Shown: piece by piece, positions 60,706 through 64,000 of the stretch
Numbering within the stretch: position 1 is the first letter of the stretch
How the letters are laid out: each line of letters opens with the position of its first letter
Source: Chromera velia
Taxonomy: Eukaryota
Assembly (NCBI GenBank): GCA_018398765.1
Contig: JAHBMJ010000333.1
Location: forward strand, 1-64,000
Reading direction: 5' to 3'
DNA: 64,000 bases
The notes under the pieces: generated by a model
What the model saw: the letters and a program-made list of their open reading frames with translations, nothing else
Told to the model about the DNA's origin: nothing
Database searches by the model: none
Program-made: the position numbers and the translations under genes

Positions 60706-63113
60706 TATTATGTGAACGTGGTGTAGGCAGTATAAGAGTCTGTCAGTCGGAACGACCATTGTTGTTCCTCTTTTCGGTATCTTACTATCAGACTGATCTT
60801 ATGCGCTGATGCAGCAGAAACGTGACTGCTAATTTGTGTGGCTAAAACATATGCTACGATGCATGCCCTTGCTTCAATCGCGGCCCCGGAAAGACACACA
60901 TACGGGCCGGCTCAATTATAGTCAATGCAGTAAGGCAGTCTGGGGACGCTCGCTTACGGCGTTCGCACCACAACCTACACACACGCTACACATGCCTCCC
61001 CCCCAGAACGATCGTCCCCGATCGTTTCATTCTGTCAACGGCTTTCATTTACCCTCGAGCGCACTTCGTTCATACTTACTCTAAAAGTTACTCATACGTA
61101 AATGAACTCATAATGAACTCGCACCAAAGAGAACGGACACCAATGAATGTACATCGATCCTCGTATCGAAGAAATGAAAAGTCATCCATCTGTGTATAAA
61201 AGTGAAAATCTTTCCACAATGATCATGTCATTCACATGTATACACCTCGTTTGGCATAATTGACATGAAAGTTGTCACAGTGGCCGGCTGTGAGCGGAGT
61301 TATGGTCATACTTGACCTGCACGTGCTTATTCACTTGGTGCATGCACATAACTTCTGGTGGCAACCATGCTAGTCTCTGTAGGGTCAGACATACCAACCC
61401 TGTAGTCTCCCTCTCTCCTCTTCCTGGTGGCAATGTACTATCTGTGTACGCTCATTGCACTTTCAACATGAACGACTGGCACAACTAATCGTCTATACTT
61501 TGAATGCCACTACACAAGAACACTATGAGCTGGTTTTCAGACTGCTGTCTTGTTGGGCCTCTGGTCCCGTCTCTTATCTGTGAATAATCATATTTATAGA
61601 CAAACTGTGCATCTCCATGAGCGCCACTGTCTTGCTCCTTCCCTTTCTATCATGAGTCGACATCCAGAGCGGCCGCCGCGGCCCCTTGCACTAGGCTTTC
61701 GTGGCTTGATTTGTGGAGATCGGCCTGCCAGTGGACGATCCCACTGCCATTGGGAAAGCATCTCGTCTCCTGTTAGATGGGGCTGACGGCAGCACTCCTT
61801 CTTGTATGTCTTCCATTCTGCTGGTCCCATCAACGACACTCTCTCTTCTTCTAATACTTTTGCTTTTCTTCCCACCACAACTGCAAAAGCAAGGCGCCAC
61901 TTCTTGCGTCATGTCTTGGTCAACTTGTTCAATTCCTCATCTGCTTTAGCTCTGTTTGACTACATGAAGAGCACAGACACGTTGACTGCTACTGATTGCT
62001 TCGTGCTCTTAACCTGAGAGAGCAATATTCTCTCTTAAAATACCGTCTCCACCTCCTCTATCTCTTCTTCTGTCATCAGCTCTTGCTTTGAAATTCTGCT
62101 TGGACCACTGGGAGGTATACTGCTCTTTGCGGCAATCTGCTGGGTCTGGGGAGTGGGGATCTCGCATGGGCTCTGCATATCTTTTGTGTCTCCCTGTATA
62201 CGTGTTTCCTCTCGCACAATTCTCTGGGCGACACAACTTTCTCTCCTCAATGGCGAAGCTGTAAGGACCTAGGTAAGGATAGCTCCACTCATTGATGCTC
62301 GCTGCCTTGAAGCTTCTGCCATGCTTCTACCTGCTTCTGCTGTTTCATCACTGCCCGATAGTTTTTTTCGGATTCGATGTCGGACCATGCCCGGTGAGAG
62401 AGATGACAAGCTTGCCTGCATTTCTTCTTCTTGTTCCCTGCAAGTGAAGTTGCCGACTCTTCCTGCATAGTGATCTCTCTCTGCTCGGTGGGCCTGTTGT
62501 GATGAAAGGTGCGTGCAAGTTGGCACACCTCTATGATCACTGCCTCGAAGACTTAGTCCGTACAACTCTTTTTGAATGCTTGATAACGGAGACGCTCTAT
62601 CTTTCCCCCAAGGGCAAACACTTCTTCAGCTCTATCGAAGAATCTTCTCATCTCTATCTACTCAGTTCTACTGCCTGTGTCACAGGGCTCTCTACTAATC
62701 TGTGGCTCCTAACTAGTTGTGAACACCTGCACAACAAGACTACCATATATCATGGGTTCACTCAACTGAACGTGGGCTCAATTAACAAACGACGCCTTTC
62801 TTGTCCCCTGTGTCAGAACAAGGACTCTGCTAGCACCTGTTATATGAATGTGGTCTAGGCAGTATAAGAGTTTATCAGTCGGAACGACCGTTGTTGTTCC
62901 TCTTTTCGATGTTTTGCTATCAGACTGATCTTACGCGCCAATAAAACAGAAACGTGACTGCTGATTCGTGTGGCTGAAACATATGCTACAACGCATACGC
63001 TTGCTTCAATCGCAGCCCTGGAAAGGCACACACGCGGGCTAGCTCAATCACAGTCCATGTAATAAGGCGGGGCGCTTGCTCATACTTGCACCACAACCTA
63101 TACATACGCTATA
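60706..63113 (-). mobile_element. 2.4-kb non-autonomous LTR element, probably an internally deleted Copia
   Basis: LTRs at 60706-60990 and 62838-63113 (TG..CA, outer ends decayed to TA); 5-bp TSD CCGCG; minus-strand PPT at ~60995-61004; YTDS and HQVNKHVQVKY (~61300-61450) resemble Copia RNase H. Confidence 0.8.
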
Positions 63114-64000
63114 CCGCGGGCTCAGGCAGGTGGGCGCGGCGCCCGTAGCCCTGGCAGGCCGGGTAGGCATGGTTACGCGGGCCGGGTAGGCACGGTCTAC
63201 TATAAGAGCCCACCCTGATAAACTTAGATGGGTGGGCGCAGCCGACCCGCTCCTTTTTCAGCTTTAGACAGCATGAGTATAGTATTAGTATTGGCCCTAT
63301 TGTGGCGGGCTAATGCACTTATCATAATAATACGGGATGCACCTAACTAGTTGGGTAAGTGCCTCACGGGGGTCCGCTAATTGATGCATACCATCGGGGG
63401 CTTGGGCATGTCTAAGTTGTGTGCTACCATGGGGCAGGGGCCACGGCAGTGAAGTATGCTTTTCGGGACCACACCACACGCACATCGTATACATGTGCAA
63501 CTCCGTGCGAATTATTTGAGGGGCACGCATGCGTAAAGTAGTTCAGGCATATGCGATCGCGGCTCCGTACGAGTTGCTTGAGGGGTACATTTTAGAACTC
63601 GGGCGACGCCAACCATGACAGAGACAGAACCGATCCCCCCCCCCAAAATGAAAAAATGCGTTATGCGAGTGTGTGCGATCTCAGGGCCTCTTGGCTGATT
63701 TCAGCAGAGCTGAGCTATCCCCCGAGGCGAAATGCGCTGCACGATCCGCTGTCGACTAGATCTCCGCGCGCGTTCCAAGTACATGCATACCAGGGCGCCA
63801 TCGCGATCTTCTTTTCTTTTTAACAAAAAAAGAAAACTAAAAGCTTTGCATGGCTGTTTTTGACCATCTTTTACGATCTTCGATGATCGCGACCTACGAT
63901 GTAGCCACCGATAGACACTTTGTCATCTTTGAATTCTAAAAGCCTTCCTTCATCTTCCTGAGCAAAAAGGGAGGATTTGTTGACTCAGGAAAAGTGCTGA

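Noticed and set aside
60780..60830. Minimal hammerhead in the small LTR (CTGATGC..GAAAC)
   Set aside because: Core mismatch, no room for stem II, and not conserved in the second LTR.

Overview
Eukaryotic genomic DNA: GT-AG introns and many (GA)n/(GAAA)n/(GGAT)n microsatellites. The style suggests a protist, possibly a chromerid-like alveolate, but that is only an impression. About 85% of the window is a deeply nested transposon stack, and most boundaries can be set from target-site duplications (TSDs). Bases 1-13.6 kb hold MITEs, an RLE-type (CRE-like) non-LTR remnant, and a CACTA-like foldback element carrying a Penelope-like element (PLE). The PLE has an N-terminal GIY-YIG nuclease and an unexplained extra upstream ORF. 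Bases 13.7-51.4 kb are one APE-RT LINE, split by a Copia element (non-canonical TG..GT LTR ends) and by a TIR element. The Copia contains a TIR element, which contains a foldback element and a chromodomain Gypsy; the Gypsy LTR contains nested hAT-like elements. Only two host genes are supported: a 2-exon 2OG-Fe(II) oxygenase (minus strand) and a 5-exon TraB-domain protein (plus strand), divergently arranged around a ~560-bp tandem repeat. Repeats show strong C>T/G>A mutation concentrated at CpG and CpA. All protein calls come from motif recognition by eye; no searches were run.
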